Assembly (NCBI GenBank): GCA_965221955.1
Contig: CBDCTA010000029.1
Coordinates: 320,001-384,000, forward strand
DNA from: Gammaproteobacteria bacterium
GTDB lineage: Bacteria > Pseudomonadota > Gammaproteobacteria > UBA4575
Direction: 5' to 3'
DNA length: 64,000 nt
Part shown: positions 50,247 through 60,461 of the stretch, one piece after another
Position numbering within the stretch: the stretch's first letter is position 1
Layout: every line of letters begins with the position of its first letter
Notes under the pieces: generated by a model
Seen by the model: only the letters and a program-made list of their open reading frames with translations
The model's database searches: none
Told to the model about the DNA's origin: nothing
Program-made: the position numbers and the translations under genes

Positions 50247-51326
50247 ATGCAACATCAAACGGACGATCTCAGAATTGTAGCAATGAAGGAAGTCATTGCG
50301 CCTTCTGAATTACATAAAGAACTCCCCATTAGCGAACAATCTGCACAATGTGTATTTACAGCACGTAGTGCAGTACAAAAAATCCTACATGGTGAAGATG
50401 ACCGTTTGTTAGTCATTGTAGGCCCATGTTCAATTCATGACCCTGAAGCTGCATGGGAGTATGCAACGCGTCTAGCGAAAGTACGCGATGAAGTTGCTGG
50501 CGACTTGATGATTATCATGCGTGTGTACTTTGAAAAGCCACGGACTACAGTGGGGTGGAAGGGTCTGATTAATGATCCTAATTTAGATGACAGTTTTGAA
50601 ATTAATAAAGGTTTGCGCGTTGCACGTAAGTTATTACTTGATTTGAATGAATCAGGTATGCCGGCAGGTACAGAATATTTAGACTTAATTAGCCCACAAT
50701 ATGTTGCTGACCTTGTAAGTTGGGGGGCAATCGGTGCGCGTACAACTGAAAGTCAGGTGCATAGAGAATTATCTTCTGGTTTGTCTTGTCCTGTTGGTTT
50801 TAAAAATGCTACCGATGGTGGATTACAAGTTGCAGTAGATGCAATTGGTTCTGCTATGAATCCTCACCACTTTTTATCAGTGACTAAAGAAGGCAAGTCG
50901 GCAATCTTTTCTACAGCAGGCAATAAAGATTGTCATATTATTTTGCGTGGAGGCAGTGATCAACCTAACTACAGTCCTGAGAGCATCAATGAATCATCTG
51001 CTCTGCTTGAAAAGTCAGGTTTACCTGCACGCATTATGGTCGATCTTAGTCATGCAAACAGCCATAAGCAGCATGAAAAGCAAATGGAAGTAGGTGGGTC
51101 AGTTGCTCAACAATTGAGTAATGGTGATATGCGTATCTTTGGTGTGATGATCGAAAGTCATTTAGTGGGCGGTCGACAAAACGCTAAACCTGGTCAAGAA
51201 CTAACTTATGGGCAAAGTATTACCGATGCTTGTTTAGGCTGGGAAGATACTGAAACCTTATTACATACACTTGCAAACGCAGTGCGCGAACGACGACATA
51301 TTAAGTCTGCAGCAAGCGCGGCTTAG
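50247..51326 (+). CDS. aroG: Class I DAHP synthase
   Basis: GPCSIHD, RVYFEKPRTTVGWKG, IGARTTESQ, SITDAC; effector specificity not determined. Confidence 0.92.
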   Translation: MQHQTDDLRIVAMKEVIAPSELHKELPISEQSAQCVFTARSAVQKILHGEDDRLLVIVGPCSIHDPEAAWEYATRLAKVRDEVAGDLMIIMRVYFEKPRTTVGWKGLINDPNLDDSFEINKGLRVARKLLLDLNESGMPAGTEYLDLISPQYVADLVSWGAIGARTTESQVHRELSSGLSCPVGFKNATDGGLQVAVDAIGSAMNPHHFLSVTKEGKSAIFSTAGNKDCHIILRGGSDQPNYSPESINESSALLEKSGLPARIMVDLSHANSHKQHEKQMEVGGSVAQQLSNGDMRIFGVMIESHLVGGRQNAKPGQELTYGQSITDACLGWEDTETLLHTLANAVRERRHIKSAASAA

Positions 51327-51344
51327 TTCCTTCATCAAAAACCC

Positions 51345-52640
51345 ATGCTGGAAGTGAGACGTCTTTCAACCTTAGACGCAGATTTCTCTGCGCAATTTAA
51401 TCATGTGCTACAACAAAATCAGTCGGCAGAAAACGATGTGCGCGCTACTGTTGAAGCCATTATAAAAAATGTACGAGACAATGGCGATCAAGCGTTACTG
51501 AACTATACAGAAAAATTTGATCAAGTCAGTGTAAAGCAAGTATCTGAATTAGAAATTTCAGCAGCACAAATGCAGGAATATGTAAGTCAGATTAATGACG
51601 AGCAACGCGATGCGCTTGAGATGGCAGCACAACGTATACGCGAATATGCTGAGCAACAAGGACTTGAATCTTGGTCAACGAAAGATGAAGATGGGAATGA
51701 GTTAGGTCAGCTTGTTACACCACTCGAAAAAGTTGGCGTATATGTGCCAGGAGGTAAGGCGGCCTATCCTTCTTCAGTTCTTATGAATACCATCCCTGCA
51801 AAAGTAGCAGGAGTGGATTCCATTTATATGGTGGTGCCAACCCCAAAAGGTGAGATTAATCCTTTAGTGATGGCAGCTGCATCAATTGCAGGTGTCGATC
51901 GAGCCTTTATGATTGGGGGTGCACAAGCAGTTGCTGCACTTGCTTATGGAACCGAAAGTATTCACAAGGTTGATAAAATTGTAGGACCGGGGAACGCCTA
52001 TGTTGCAAGTGCAAAACAACAAGTGTTTGGTCAGGTAGGGATCGATATGTTGGCGGGACCTTCAGAAGTGTTAGTGATTTGTGATGCGAGTGCCAATCCG
52101 GAATGGGTGGCGATGGATTTATTTTCTCAAGCTGAGCACGATGCTTATGCGCGTACAACATTGATTAGTACGCAGGCTGATTTTTTTGATCAAGTGCAAC
52201 AACAAATGCAAAGGCTGTTAAAAGAGTTGGACCGCGAAGAAATTATTACAAGTGCAATAAACAATTTTGGCGTATTTATACAAGTACAAGACCTATCTGA
52301 AGCAGCAGAACTCTCTAATCAAATTGCACCAGAACATTTAGAGTTATGTGTTGCGGAACCAGAGCAATTATTAAAAAAAATTCGTAATGCAGGTGCGGTG
52401 TTTTTAGGCCACTATTCACCAGAAGTATTTGGTGATTATTGTGCAGGACCGAATCATGTTTTGCCTACTGCAGGTACTGCACGTTTTTCTTCTCCTTTGG
52501 GTGTGTATGATTTTCAAAAACGTACCAGTGTAGTGAATTGCTCTAAAGCGGGCGCTAAAAAGTTAAGTGGTGTAGCGGCAACATTAGCACATGGTGAAGG
52601 TTTGACTGCGCATGCAAGGTCTGCTGAGTATAGAAAATAA
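51345..52640 (+). CDS. hisD: Histidinol dehydrogenase
   Basis: YVPGGKAAYPSS, AGPSE, QAEHD, APEHLE, GPNHVLPT. Confidence 0.97.
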   Translation: MLEVRRLSTLDADFSAQFNHVLQQNQSAENDVRATVEAIIKNVRDNGDQALLNYTEKFDQVSVKQVSELEISAAQMQEYVSQINDEQRDALEMAAQRIREYAEQQGLESWSTKDEDGNELGQLVTPLEKVGVYVPGGKAAYPSSVLMNTIPAKVAGVDSIYMVVPTPKGEINPLVMAAASIAGVDRAFMIGGAQAVAALAYGTESIHKVDKIVGPGNAYVASAKQQVFGQVGIDMLAGPSEVLVICDASANPEWVAMDLFSQAEHDAYARTTLISTQADFFDQVQQQMQRLLKELDREEIITSAINNFGVFIQVQDLSEAAELSNQIAPEHLELCVAEPEQLLKKIRNAGAVFLGHYSPEVFGDYCAGPNHVLPTAGTARFSSPLGVYDFQKRTSVVNCSKAGAKKLSGVAATLAHGEGLTAHARSAEYRK

Positions 52641-52666
52641 ATCTAGGTTTATTTAGCGAATTTAAT

Positions 52667-53755
52667 ATGGATATCACTCCAGAAAATTTGTTGCGCGCAG
52701 AGCTTGCTGCAATGCAGGCATATCAAGTACCGGATTCAAGCGGCTTAATTAAGTTAGACGCGATGGAAAATCCTTATACTTTTCCAATTTCTTTGCGTGA
52801 AAAATGGTTGGCTGAATTAAAGCAAGTCGAACTTAATCGTTATCCAAGTCCTCAAGCGTCTGAACTTAAAAAAACCTTTCAACAGGTTTTTACACTTTCA
52901 CCAAAGCTTGAAATGATGTTTGGCAATGGTTCGGATGAATTGATTCAGTTATTGATTATGGCGGTAGCTAAACCCAATGCTTTGATTCTGACTGTCACAC
53001 CAAGTTTTTCAATGTATAAGTTGATCGCTGAATATGTTGGAGTCAATGTTGTTGAAGTACCGTTGCAACAAGACAGTTTTGCATTGCAAACTGAATTGCT
53101 CGCGGCAATGATTCAAAAGCATAAACCCGCAATAATCTTTTTAGCTTGTCCAAATAATCCTACAGGCACGCTTTGGCCACAAGAAGAGATCGAAGAGGTC
53201 ATTAAGCAAGCAACCGGGTTAGTAGTCATTGATGAGGCCTATTCGCCTTTTGCGGCTTATTCCATGATGCCTCTAGTAGAGCGTTATCCACATGCTTTAT
53301 TAATGCGCACCGTTTCAAAAATGGGTCTAGCAGGCCTGCGCCTTGGCTGGTTGTTGGGTGATTCGAAATGGCTAGATGAGCTAAACAAAATGCGCCTGCC
53401 ATACAACATCAATGCCTTGACGCAAGCAAGTGCAAACTTTGCATTACAAAATATTGCGGTATTCAAAGAGCAAGCTGAAAAAATTTGTCAGCAGCGTGAA
53501 CAATTACTTAAATCGCTGCAGGCAATGAGAAATGTGAAGGTGTATCCAAGTCAGGCAAACTTTATTTTATTTAAAGTTTTAAAGGGTACTGCAGATGATG
53601 TGTATGAAAATTTATTAAAAAATAAAATCATTATAAAAAATGTTTCTAGCGGTCACTCTGGTAATGAACTACTAGAAAATTGTTTACGTGTTACGGTTGG
53701 AACTGAAGATGAGAACAACGCTTTTCTTACTGCATTAACATCGATACTGAAATAA
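52667..53755 (+). CDS. hisC: Histidinol-phosphate aminotransferase
   Basis: LDAMENP, GNGSDE, PNNPTG, DEAY, RTVSK. Confidence 0.96.
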   Translation: MDITPENLLRAELAAMQAYQVPDSSGLIKLDAMENPYTFPISLREKWLAELKQVELNRYPSPQASELKKTFQQVFTLSPKLEMMFGNGSDELIQLLIMAVAKPNALILTVTPSFSMYKLIAEYVGVNVVEVPLQQDSFALQTELLAAMIQKHKPAIIFLACPNNPTGTLWPQEEIEEVIKQATGLVVIDEAYSPFAAYSMMPLVERYPHALLMRTVSKMGLAGLRLGWLLGDSKWLDELNKMRLPYNINALTQASANFALQNIAVFKEQAEKICQQREQLLKSLQAMRNVKVYPSQANFILFKVLKGTADDVYENLLKNKIIIKNVSSGHSGNELLENCLRVTVGTEDENNAFLTALTSILK

Positions 53756-53758
53756 TTA

Positions 53759-53885
53759 CTAAAAAGCTCTGATTTATTCTGAAATGAGGCAAAAAATATC
53801 GAGAAGAGCAAGTGTATTAATTTATGCATGAGCGATTTTAAGACTATTTTTTAACGAAGTGGTCGGGATAAATCAGGGCTTTTAG
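53759..53885. mobile_element. MITE-like ~127-bp element with terminal inverted repeats
   Basis: AAAAGCTCTGATTTATTCTGA (53762-53782) vs reverse complement of 53863-53883 AAAAGCCCTGATTTATCCCGA (18/21); CTA/TAG ends; non-coding; fills the hisC-degS gap. Confidence 0.6.
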
Positions 53886-55034
53886 CTATCTATAAATAGG
53901 TCGTTGGCCAATCTTAGCTTGCACCTCAAAGTTTTTGTTTCTTCGTAGACCACTAATGGTTATTTCAGAATTAGGTTTGCTACTGGCAATTTCATTTTGA
54001 ATGTTTTTTGCATCGCGAATTAGTTCATCATTGAATAATAAAATAATATCTCCAGGACGAATGCCGGCTTTGTAGGCAGGGCTTTGGCGTACCACGCCGG
54101 CAACGAGCGCGCCCGTGCGTTCTTTTAGCCCAAAAGATTCCGCAAGCTGTGGTGAAAGATTTTGTAACTCTAGTCCTAGCCAACCACGAATTACGCGTCC
54201 GTGCTCAATAATTTGCGCCATTATATCACTGGCTAAGCCAATCGGAATGGCAAAGCCAATACCTTGTGAGCCACCAGACTTAGAGAAAATCGCAGTATTG
54301 ATGCCAACGAGTTCACCATATGCATTGATTAATGCGCCACCTGAGTTACCAGGATTGATTGCAGCATCGGTTTGAATAAAGTTTTCAAAAGTATTAATCC
54401 CTAATCGATCTCGTCCAGTAGCGCTGATAATGCCTTGGGTAACGGTTTGTCCAAATCCAAAAGGGTTACCAATAGCAAGTACTACGTCACCTACTTGTAA
54501 CTTGGATGAGTTGCTAATTACTGCTGTGGGTAAGTTTTCTACTGAAATGGTGAGTACCGCTAAATCGGTTTCAGGGTCTGCACCTAAAACATTTGCAACC
54601 ACTGTGTGACCATTCGCAAGTAATACTTCAATTTCGTCTGCATTTTCTATGACATGATAATTGGTAAGCACATAGCCTTGAGCACTCATGATTACACCCG
54701 AACCCAAACTAGTTTGAGTGCGTTGTCGTGGTTGATTTAAATCACCGAAGAAGCGTCTGAAGACCGGGCTGTCTAATAATGGACTTGGTCGAGCAAATAC
54801 TTGTTTACGAGTATATATATTTACCACGGCCGGGCTGGCGCGTTGTACGGCTTGCGCATAGGAAACTGGACCAGAGCCTAAATGATCGGGTTTATCAGAG
54901 TTGTCTTGTAAAAATTCAACTACTGGTCGTTTGTCAATTACATAATCGGGTAAAAAAACCAGCAATAGCACAGCTGCCAAGACACCCACCGCAACGGCTT
55001 GGAATATAAAAAGTAACAACTTGCGTATCTTCAT
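53886..55034 (-). CDS. degS: DegS/AlgW-type serine endoprotease (one PDZ)
   Basis: TNYHVI, TDLAVL, AINPGNSGG; N-terminal TM. Confidence 0.88.
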   Translation of the reverse strand: MKIRKLLLFIFQAVAVGVLAAVLLLVFLPDYVIDKRPVVEFLQDNSDKPDHLGSGPVSYAQAVQRASPAVVNIYTRKQVFARPSPLLDSPVFRRFFGDLNQPRQRTQTSLGSGVIMSAQGYVLTNYHVIENADEIEVLLANGHTVVANVLGADPETDLAVLTISVENLPTAVISNSSKLQVGDVVLAIGNPFGFGQTVTQGIISATGRDRLGINTFENFIQTDAAINPGNSGGALINAYGELVGINTAIFSKSGGSQGIGFAIPIGLASDIMAQIIEHGRVIRGWLGLELQNLSPQLAESFGLKERTGALVAGVVRQSPAYKAGIRPGDIILLFNDELIRDAKNIQNEIASSKPNSEITISGLRRNKNFEVQAKIGQRPIYR

Positions 55035-55081
55035 AAGTACGTTAACCTTGTTACCAATAATTTAATTGTTTGAGCATGGTT

Positions 55082-55840
55082 ATGGTGTCTTTGCAAGAAT
55101 TGACAGAATACACAAATAATTTCTTACAAATTGATCAATTTAAAGATTACTGTCCAAATGGTTTGCAGGTTGAAGGTAAAAGCGAGATTCATAGTGTAGT
55201 CACTGGGGTTACTGCAAGCCAGGCTTTAATTGATTTTGCTTGTGATAAAAAAGCCGATGCAATTTTAGTTCATCATGGTTATTTTTGGCGCAATGAGGAT
55301 GCGCGCATCACGGGTATCAAGCGTAAACGTATTGCAGCGCTAATTGAAAATAACATCAGTTTATTGGCCTACCATTTGCCGCTCGATGCACATCAAGAGG
55401 TGGGTAACAATGTTCAGTTGGCACGAATATTAGACATTCAAGTGGATGGTGAGTTGCGTAGTCACTCTAATACGGTTTGCGGAAGTTACGGTCATTTAGC
55501 TAATCCAATGAAAGCTGAACAATTTAAGCAGCAAATTGGCTCCGCATTGCACAGAAAATGTACTCATATCCATGCTGGGTCCACGGATATAACCACAATT
55601 GGTTGGTGTACGGGTGCCGGACAAGGTTTCATTGAGCTTGCTGCACAACAAAATTTAGACGCTTACATTAGTGGCGAAATCTCCGAAACTACAACACATA
55701 TAGCGCGTGAGTCAGGTATTCATTATTTTGCTGCAGGACATCACGCAACTGAGCGTTATGGCGTGCAAGCTTTAGCACAACATTTAGCTAAACAATTTGG
55801 GATAGAACATGAATTTGTAGACGTGGATAACCCCGCGTAA
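55082..55840 (+). CDS. Nif3-like dinuclear metal protein (YbgI)
   Basis: DYCPNGLQVEG, VHHG, YHLPLDAH, GHHATE. Start approximate. Confidence 0.94.
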   Translation: MVSLQELTEYTNNFLQIDQFKDYCPNGLQVEGKSEIHSVVTGVTASQALIDFACDKKADAILVHHGYFWRNEDARITGIKRKRIAALIENNISLLAYHLPLDAHQEVGNNVQLARILDIQVDGELRSHSNTVCGSYGHLANPMKAEQFKQQIGSALHRKCTHIHAGSTDITTIGWCTGAGQGFIELAAQQNLDAYISGEISETTTHIARESGIHYFAAGHHATERYGVQALAQHLAKQFGIEHEFVDVDNPA

Positions 55841-56020
55841 TTAAAGCATTTTTCTAACTTCTACTTGACGAAATTCGGTTCTTGCGCCATCCTACGCGTC
55901 TTTTGTGGGGCAGTGTTCACACAACAAATTTGCACACAAAACTTAATTTAAAAATACATCATTATTCATCATCAGACTAATCACAGTACTTCGTTGAGTC
56001 TAAGCGAGGAGAGTTAGTAC

Positions 56021-56617
56021 ATGGCAAAAGACAACATTGATCAAGGTCGCCGCAAAGCAATTACAGGTAGTGTAGCGGTTGTAGGTGGCATTGGTGCAGC
56101 GGTTGCAACTTGGCCCTTCATATCGAGCATGAATCCTAGTGCAAGTGCGCTTGCAGCAGGTGCTCCAGTTGAAGTGGACGTCAGCAAAATGGAACCGGGA
56201 CAACAAATTCAAGAAATTTGGCGACGTAAACCCGTTTGGATTATTCGCCGTACACCTGAAATGGTCCAAACATTATCTGGCTTAACAGAAAAGCTTCGTG
56301 ATCCAGATTCTAAAGAGGTTTCTCAGCAGCCTGCTTTTGCTCAGAACGAGATTCGTTCTATTAAACAAGAATTCTTAGTGTTGATTGGTATCTGTACTCA
56401 CTTAGGTTGTTCACCTGAATTTAAACCGACGCCTGGTGAATTAGGAGCTAATTGGGAAGGTGGATTTTATTGTGCTTGTCATGGCTCACGTTTTGATTTG
56501 GCTGGAAGGGTGTATAAAAATGTTCCTGCTAATAAAAATTTAGAAGTACCGCCTTATCACTTCATTAGTGAAAATAGAATTTTAATTGGTCTAACCCAAG
56601 ATGAGGCAGAAGCATGA
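56021..56617 (+). CDS. petA: Cytochrome bc1 Rieske subunit
   Basis: Tat RR signal, CTHLGC, CACHGS. Confidence 0.97.
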   Translation: MAKDNIDQGRRKAITGSVAVVGGIGAAVATWPFISSMNPSASALAAGAPVEVDVSKMEPGQQIQEIWRRKPVWIIRRTPEMVQTLSGLTEKLRDPDSKEVSQQPAFAQNEIRSIKQEFLVLIGICTHLGCSPEFKPTPGELGANWEGGFYCACHGSRFDLAGRVYKNVPANKNLEVPPYHFISENRILIGLTQDEAEA

Positions 56618-58005
56618 GTGAACAATCAACAGGCTTATTGGGTTGGATAGATGCGCGTTTCCCGCTCAGCAAAATGATGCGGGAGCACTTATCTGAATAC
56701 TACGCGCCAAAAAATTTCAACTTTTGGTACTTCTTTGGTTCTTTAGCACTTCTCGTATTAGTTATTCAAATTTTAACGGGTATCTTTTTAACCATGCATT
56801 ACAAGCCAGATGCCGAGCTGGCATTTGCATCGGTAGAACACATCATGCGTGATGTGAACTGGGGTTGGTTAATTCGTTATATGCATTCAACGGGTGCATC
56901 ATTCTTCTTTATCGTTGTGTACTTGCATATGTTTAGAGGTTTGATGTATGGCTCGTTTAAAAATCCACGCGAATTGATTTGGATTTTTGGCATGCTGATT
57001 TATGTCGCTTTGATGGCAGAAGCATTCATGGGTTACTTGTTACCATGGGGCAACATGTCTTACTGGGGTGCACAAGTCATTATTAACTTGTTCAATACTA
57101 TTCCAGGTTTTGGACAAGAAATTTCTGAATGGTTACGTGGAGATTTTGTAATTTCTGATGCCACATTGAATCGATTCTTCTCGCTCCATGTTATTGCAGT
57201 GCCTTTAGCATTGTTAGGGTTGATCGTAGGTCATATTCTTGCCTTACATGAAGTGGGTTCTAACAACCCTGATGGTGTAGAAATTAAAAAACAGAAAGAT
57301 GCAAATGGCATTCCATTAGATGGCATTCCTTTCCACCCTTATTACACAGTAAAAGATATCTTAGGGGTTGTAGTGTTCTTAGCTATTTTCTCGGGTGTTG
57401 TATTCTTTTGGCCTGAAGTGAATGGTTATTTCTTGGAGCATGCGAATTTTGATCCAGCAAATCCATTAAACACGCCAGATCATATTGCGCCAATTTGGTA
57501 TTTCACACCTTTCTATACAGTATTGCGTGCAGTGCCAAATCCATTTGGTGGATTTTTGCTGATGGGCTTAGCTATTGTCGTGTTGTTTTTCTTGCCATGG
57601 ATTGATCGCAACCCGATTAAGTCGATTCGTTATCGTAGCTTGTTATTTAAATTAAACTTATGGATTTTTGCGATCACGTTTATCATTTTGGGTTACTTAG
57701 GATTGAAACCCGTAACACTTTTGTACTCACAGCTTGCACTGCGTTTTACAGAAGTTTATTTCATCTTCTTTTTTGTGTTGTGGGCTTACAGTAAACCACG
57801 ATCAAGTAGTTTCTGGATCAACAGTTTTATCGTGCTTTTAGGCAGCATCACTTTGTACGATGTATTTGCTAACACTTCAGATAGACCCGAATTGATCTGG
57901 TACACCTGGTTAATTCCTGCGATTTGTTTGTTTATAACTTTGCTGATGCCAATGCTATCTAATTGGGATCGTGAAAAAGAAGTTCCAGAGCGAGTGACAT
58001 CATGA
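56614..58005 (+). CDS. petB: Cytochrome b (extended C-terminus)
   Basis: RYMHSTGAS, PWGNMSYWG, RFFSLH; PIWY in place of PEWY. Confidence 0.96.
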   Translation: MSEQSTGLLGWIDARFPLSKMMREHLSEYYAPKNFNFWYFFGSLALLVLVIQILTGIFLTMHYKPDAELAFASVEHIMRDVNWGWLIRYMHSTGASFFFIVVYLHMFRGLMYGSFKNPRELIWIFGMLIYVALMAEAFMGYLLPWGNMSYWGAQVIINLFNTIPGFGQEISEWLRGDFVISDATLNRFFSLHVIAVPLALLGLIVGHILALHEVGSNNPDGVEIKKQKDANGIPLDGIPFHPYYTVKDILGVVVFLAIFSGVVFFWPEVNGYFLEHANFDPANPLNTPDHIAPIWYFTPFYTVLRAVPNPFGGFLLMGLAIVVLFFLPWIDRNPIKSIRYRSLLFKLNLWIFAITFIILGYLGLKPVTLLYSQLALRFTEVYFIFFFVLWAYSKPRSSSFWINSFIVLLGSITLYDVFANTSDRPELIWYTWLIPAICLFITLLMPMLSNWDREKEVPERVTS

Positions 58006-58772
58006 AAATATTAAACAATTTATTTTTATTGCTCACTTTATTGCTAATGTCTTCGGGCATTGCGTGGAGTGCTGGTGGAGGAAGCGGTGTTGATCTCGAA
58101 AAACACTTTGGCAAAGTAAACGTTCAGTTAAGCAACAAAGCTTCTTTACAACGTGGTGCCAAATATTTTGTGAACTACTGTTTAAGTTGTCACCCTGCAC
58201 AGCATAGTCGTTATAAAAGAGTTGCGGATGATTTGGGCGTTCCCGAGACTATGATGATTGAAAATATGATTTTTACGGGACAAAAGTTTGGTGACTTGAT
58301 GACGGTAGCAATGAAGCGTGAAGATGCAGCGAACTGGTTTTTGGGTGTAGACCCGCCCGATTTGAGCACTCATGTACGCGCAATCGGTTCACAAGCGGTT
58401 TATAACTTTTTAATGTCATTTTATGTGGATGATAAACGCCCCTTTGGCGTGAACAATCTACATTTAAATAACACTGCGATGCCGCATGTATTGGCAGATT
58501 TACAAGGCTTACAGCATGCCGATTTTCATAATACACTTGATGGTCATGGTGTAGAGCACAAAGAGTTAAAATTTGAAATAGTTCAGCCAGGCACATTAAG
58601 TGAAGACGAATATAAAAGAGTAGTATCTGATTTAGTTAACTTCTTGGCTTACCTAAGCGAGCCTGCACAACTGATTCGCAAAAAAGTGGGTACTGGTGTA
58701 CTACTATTTCTCGCTTTCTTAGGTGTGCTTGCTTATTTTTTGAAGAGAAATTATTGGCAAGATATCCACTAA
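58002..58772 (+). CDS. petC: Cytochrome c1
   Basis: SLQRGAK, CLSCH, PPDLS, AMPHVL, C-terminal TM. Confidence 0.96.
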   Translation: MKILNNLFLLLTLLLMSSGIAWSAGGGSGVDLEKHFGKVNVQLSNKASLQRGAKYFVNYCLSCHPAQHSRYKRVADDLGVPETMMIENMIFTGQKFGDLMTVAMKREDAANWFLGVDPPDLSTHVRAIGSQAVYNFLMSFYVDDKRPFGVNNLHLNNTAMPHVLADLQGLQHADFHNTLDGHGVEHKELKFEIVQPGTLSEDEYKRVVSDLVNFLAYLSEPAQLIRKKVGTGVLLFLAFLGVLAYFLKRNYWQDIH

Positions 58773-58814
58773 GTATTTCGCCCATAACTCATACAATAAA
58801 TAAAAGAGATTAAA

Positions 58815-59444
58815 ATGGCCTTAGTTGCAAACCGTCGTTCTGGAATGACGTTATTTTCTGATCCATATTGCGCACAGAGCCACCGTACCCGCATTGTTTT
58901 AGCTGAGAAAGACATCACTGTTGATGTGGTGCATATCGATCCAAACAATAAGCCTGAGGATTTATTAGATGTAAATCCATATAACTCAGTACCAACATTA
59001 ATTGATCGTGAACTTGTACTTTATGATGCGCGCGTAATCATGGAATATTTAGATGAGCGTTTTCCGCATCCACCATTGATGCCAGTAGACCCAGTGTCAC
59101 GTTCTAAATCACGTTTAGCCTTATTTCATATTGAAAAAGACTGGTATGTGCCATTAAGTGAAATCAATTCAGCTGATAGCAGTGTGGCCGATAATGCTAA
59201 AAAAGCATTACAAGAAAGCATTCTATCTACGGTTGAAGTGTTCAGCGCTAAACCTTATTTTCTCAGTGATGAATTCAGTTTGGTAGATTGCAGTATTGCG
59301 CCGATCTTATGGAGATTGCCATATTTTGGTATTAAACTCGGTGCCTCCGCGAAACCCATTATGCAATACGCAGAGCGCGTATTTGATCGGCCTTCGTTTA
59401 GAAGCAGCCTTTCTGAAGAAGAAGTCGAAATGTGGCCTGGGTAG
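58815..59444 (+). CDS. sspA: Stringent starvation protein A
   Basis: ANRRS, SHRTRIVLAEK, EYLDERFPHPPLMP. Confidence 0.96.
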   Translation: MALVANRRSGMTLFSDPYCAQSHRTRIVLAEKDITVDVVHIDPNNKPEDLLDVNPYNSVPTLIDRELVLYDARVIMEYLDERFPHPPLMPVDPVSRSKSRLALFHIEKDWYVPLSEINSADSSVADNAKKALQESILSTVEVFSAKPYFLSDEFSLVDCSIAPILWRLPYFGIKLGASAKPIMQYAERVFDRPSFRSSLSEEEVEMWPG

Positions 59445-59507
59445 TCGCATCGAATATTCTGTCAGGATAAAATAGCCTAACTTCCAAATCTTATTGAGCT
59501 ATTCGCA

Positions 59508-59891
59508 ATGACCTCCAGTCGTCCTTATTTGCTACGCGCTATGTACGAATGGATTGTCGATAATGGTATGACACCCTATGTTTTGGTGGATACGCGAAAT
59601 GACCAAGTTATTATTCCGCGCCAATACGAAGAAGATGGCAAAATCGTTTTAAATATTGGGCCCAGTGCTGTGCAATCACTTGATCTTGGTAATCAGGCGT
59701 TAAGTTTTGATGCAAGATTTGATGGTACTGCCATAGATGTATATGTTCCGATGGAATTCATACTCGCAATCTATACGCGTGAAAATGGTCAAGGCATGAT
59801 GTTTGCGGATGAAGATATGCCGCCGCCAGGGGATGATTCAGAACAAGGTTCGGGTAAGCAAAAACAACCTCACCTTCGTGTTGTAAAATGA
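59508..59891 (+). CDS. sspB: ClpXP adaptor SspB
   Basis: [15 protein letters not shown]; C-terminal PHLRVVK. Confidence 0.96.
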   Translation: MTSSRPYLLRAMYEWIVDNGMTPYVLVDTRNDQVIIPRQYEEDGKIVLNIGPSAVQSLDLGNQALSFDARFDGTAIDVYVPMEFILAIYTRENGQGMMFADEDMPPPGDDSEQGSGKQKQPHLRVVK

Positions 59892-60397
59892 TCAAAGTTT
59901 TACAAGACGACATCACAACCTTAAAAATTGATGCAATCGTTAACGCTGCCAACAACAGTTTGTTGGGTGGCGGTGGAGTAGATGGCGCAATTCATAAAGC
60001 TGCAGGACCTGAACTATTAGAATTCAATAAAACTTTGGGTGGTTGTGAAACGGGTGCTGCTAAAATTTCACCAGGCTTTAAACTCCCTGCAAAGTGGATC
60101 ATTCATACTGTTGGTCCTGTTTGGCAAGGCGGTACTCAAGGAGAGCCTGAATTGCTCGCACAATGCTATCAACAAAGCTTTGAACTTGCGCTCGAAAATC
60201 AAATTAAAACCATTGCTTTTCCCGCAATCAGCACAGGTGTGTATGGCTATCCCAAACAAGCTGCATCTGTAATTGCAATGCAACAATTCCGCAACTACGA
60301 AGATAAATTTGATGAAGTAATTGCGTGTTGTTTTAGCGAAGTGGATGTGGAGATTTATGAGGGGATACTTAACAATAGTTTTAAGGCTGCTGTCTAA
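59888..60397 (+). CDS. ymdB: Macro domain O-acetyl-ADP-ribose deacetylase
   Basis: [29 protein letters not shown]. Confidence 0.93.
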   Translation: MIKVLQDDITTLKIDAIVNAANNSLLGGGGVDGAIHKAAGPELLEFNKTLGGCETGAAKISPGFKLPAKWIIHTVGPVWQGGTQGEPELLAQCYQQSFELALENQIKTIAFPAISTGVYGYPKQAASVIAMQQFRNYEDKFDEVIACCFSEVDVEIYEGILNNSFKAAV

Positions 60398-60414
60398 ATC
60401 TTAAAAAGATACTG

Positions 60415-60442
60415 TGTCATTACGAGCGCAGCGAAGCAATCT
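60415..60442 (+). repeat. Half of a REP-like palindromic repeat
   Basis: TGTCATTACGAGCGCAGCGAAGCAATCT resembles the left arm of the widespread GTCATTGCGAGC..GAAGCAATC element; right arm absent. Confidence 0.5.
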
Positions 60443-60461
60443 AGTCATCATAAGATCCGCC

